Assembly: GCF_018350175.1 (NCBI RefSeq) | Contig: NC_058373.1 | Coordinates: 101,868,001 to 101,932,000, forward strand | Length of the DNA: 64,000 bases | Source of the DNA: Felis catus | Lineage: Eukaryota | Reading direction: 5' to 3' | Part shown: positions 61,576 to 64,000 of the stretch, piece after piece | Layout: every line of letters begins with the position of its first letter | Position numbering within the stretch: position 1 is the stretch's first letter | Made by a program: the position numbers and the translations under genes | The notes under the pieces: generated by a model | Seen by the model: the letters and a program-made list of their open reading frames with translations, nothing else | Databases searched by the model: none | Told to the model about the DNA's origin: nothing

Positions 61576-64000
61576 ATAACAATACCTTTTAAAGCATGAA
61601 ATGCATAGATTGCATTCAGTGTGTAAGTTTAAGTAGAACAGGGAAGTATGCAATGTATCTTTGAAAGATCTGCATTAAAGTTTGTTAGGATAAGGTTTCA
61701 GTGTAACAGTGGAGCTTCCATTATCTGGATGGTTCGCTTATGGGGATCACTTCTTTCCTTGACTGTGAGGTATAATGCCTAACCTGACAGTGAACCAAAG
61801 AGGTAGTTGGGCCAGTATCCCAAAACTTCCTCTTTCTACAAACCCTATCATTTGTCACATTAGAAAGCACAAAAAGTAGTTATACCTAATTTTCTTAAAA
61901 GAGTCTATCGCCGAAAGTCTTTTGCTGAATTTTATTTCAGTAACTAAAAATTGAGATGAAGTCAAGTTGGTCAAAAGAAAGGGGTAAGAAATCTGATTTC
62001 CAGGCTTTCAAGAAAATACTTCAAAGAACAGAACCCAGAGCCAGGTATCGTATTTTCCTCTAAAAAGGCGTTGAAAGGAGTCTCATTAAAGATAGTTTCG
62101 AGATGAAAAACAAATCATGAGGTTAAATGAGGTCAGAGAAGTTGGCTAGCCAAGAATGGTATGACAGAGTTTACTGCCAGATTAGAAGACCCTCTGTACT
62201 CACATCACACAGCTCCAGTGCTGTAGCAAGATTATTTTTAGCTGTGTTTTGCATATTTCAACTAGACTTATTCGATAGATATTATTAATTTTTGGTTCAC
62301 TTGAATTTACAAACGATCCCCTAGATTATAGTATTCTAGTGACATACATACGCATACACACATGTATATGTGTACATACTTGACATTTCCTATAATAAAA
62401 TATAAGCAATATTGAATCTATATTTCCTTCTAAAATTAATAAGCAATATTGAATCTATACTGTACACAGTATTAAGTTTTAGCTTCAGTTTTTCAAGAGC
62501 AGAAAGAGGCACAACCTTGTTCCCCTGGGTAGTTTTTAGTAGGATTTTCAATGTAATGAATCTACTCTGAAACATCCTGCCCCCCACCTCACCTATGGTA
62601 AAGTCACAAATGCAATGTAAACTTAGGATTTCAATTCTGCTGGAAACTGCCAATTTCTAATCTATACTGAGATCTTTTTTTCAAGGTGTACTTAATCCTG
62701 CCATGTTTGAATACACCTGGGGGCAGCTTAAGTCTGAATGGAGCATTGGTCGTTGTCTGCTGCATAGCAGTCCACAAGCGAGAACATTCGAAAGGTCTGC
62801 TTCTAGCTAGAGTCATTCTGGGACAGCTAACACAGAAGACTGTTTTCACTGCTCTCCCTCCCTACTCATAGGAAAAGGAAATTTATTTATCTGTTTATTT
62901 CAATATCCATTTTCCCTCTTCATCCATTTATCACCACTTCAGATGAGTTCTTTCGGTTAAAAAATGGAGTGATGGGACAACCATCGATAACCTGCCCCTG
63001 GCCACCTCGTTAATTCCATGGCGGTGTGGCCTATCTTCCTGCGCTCTGCCCGTGGCATTTATTATTTCCTCTGCCAGTCCGTGCCAAACAAAGTAGTCTA
63101 GCTCACGAGGTAACATGAAAATTGGCTTTGTGGCCAAGGTCTCCACCTCTACCTGAAGATCTGTCTTCACCCCAGTATGGCACTGTTGGCAGGTCACCTG
63201 TCACCGGCTTCTGTCTCGTTCCCACAGGAAGCCAAGCCTGTATTGCCTGGGGCTTTGGTTCTCCTTGGAGAAATGAGGCATTTGCCCAACATGACTCTGC
63301 TCTTATTTAGGTGTGGCATCCAGCCTGGGTCTAAATGCATGGCCCTCTCTGCAAATCAGAAGCTTAGTGGGAGGCATTTTGCTTGGTTGAAACAGTAGGT
63401 TGGCTCCTAAGAAGATCTTTCTGTTTCGGTGCCCAGCTGCGGGAGTCTTTATGATACAGACAGGGTGGGGCCTTTAGTAGAAAGTTACTGGGAAAAGGCT
63501 CTGGCACCTCAGGTATAATTGATTTTTTTATTAGAGGCAGAGGCCAAGTTTATACCACATCCCCTGTGACATCAGTCAAGCTCAGGAATATATGAAGACA
63601 TGGGTGTAGGTTTCTGTGATATATCCCTTTAAGTCCCATTAAGTTAGGTACCTACTTTGTTCCATTCTCAATAACCAGTGGATTCCTTGGATACCGACAA
63701 CCTCCCCAAGGATGCCCATCAATGGGGAGGCAGTGTGGCTTTTAAGAAAAGTTTAGGGGGAAAGAAGCAAATTGGCTCCATCCAACAATGGAATTCAACT
63801 GCTTATTCAACATGTGGGGTATTGTTCTCAGTATCCAAAGGTGGGGACTCTCTTAGCAGGGTTACTACCCGTGATTATAGATTTACTTGTCACCTCTAAC
63901 CAGACTAGGTGCTAAAGCACTTCAAAGCTGTGTGTCTCTCTTCGGCAAGGCCTGTTTTTATGGTTTCAGGCTTACTCCAATCCTGGCTATGAAGAGGAGC

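Larger units (their letters stand above)
31547..64000 (+). other. SAMD4A: SAMD4A intron downstream of the exon (partial)
   Basis: Begins gtaagt; the next expected peptide (ILSGQAHHSPLKRS...) was not found in the window. Confidence 0.85.

Noticed and set aside
1..64000. Prokaryotic-type systems (CRISPR arrays, operons, intact transposase or RT genes)
   Set aside because: Sequence is mammalian intron; no regularly spaced repeats or long intact mobile-element ORFs were seen.

Overview
Mammalian (feliform carnivore, most likely cat or another felid, judged from the Can-SINE subtypes) genomic DNA that lies inside the SAMD4A (Smaug1) gene on the + strand. The only protein-coding feature is one 519-nt, phase-1/phase-1 internal exon (31028-31546, residues ~66-239), flanked by more than 30 kb of intron on each side. 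From recalled literature, this exon is the orthologue of the one that gives the conserved circular RNA circSAMD4A/circSamd4. The rest is intron: 18 Can-SINEs (many with clear TSDs), MIR, L2, L1, MLT1 LTR and MER5A/MER33/MER44 relics, a tailless 5S rRNA retropseudogene and microsatellites. Most notable are the stop-free circularisable exon bracketed by inverted SINE and MIR pairs, an unexplained ~158-bp hairpin-containing insert inside a Can-SINE (39807-39964), a (TG)20(CG)14 Z-DNA-prone tract and an E-box/CArG cluster. I found no convincing evidence of a wholly new gene system. Other ORFs in the track look spurious. Repeat family names and boundaries of old repeats come from recalled consensus sequences and are approximate.
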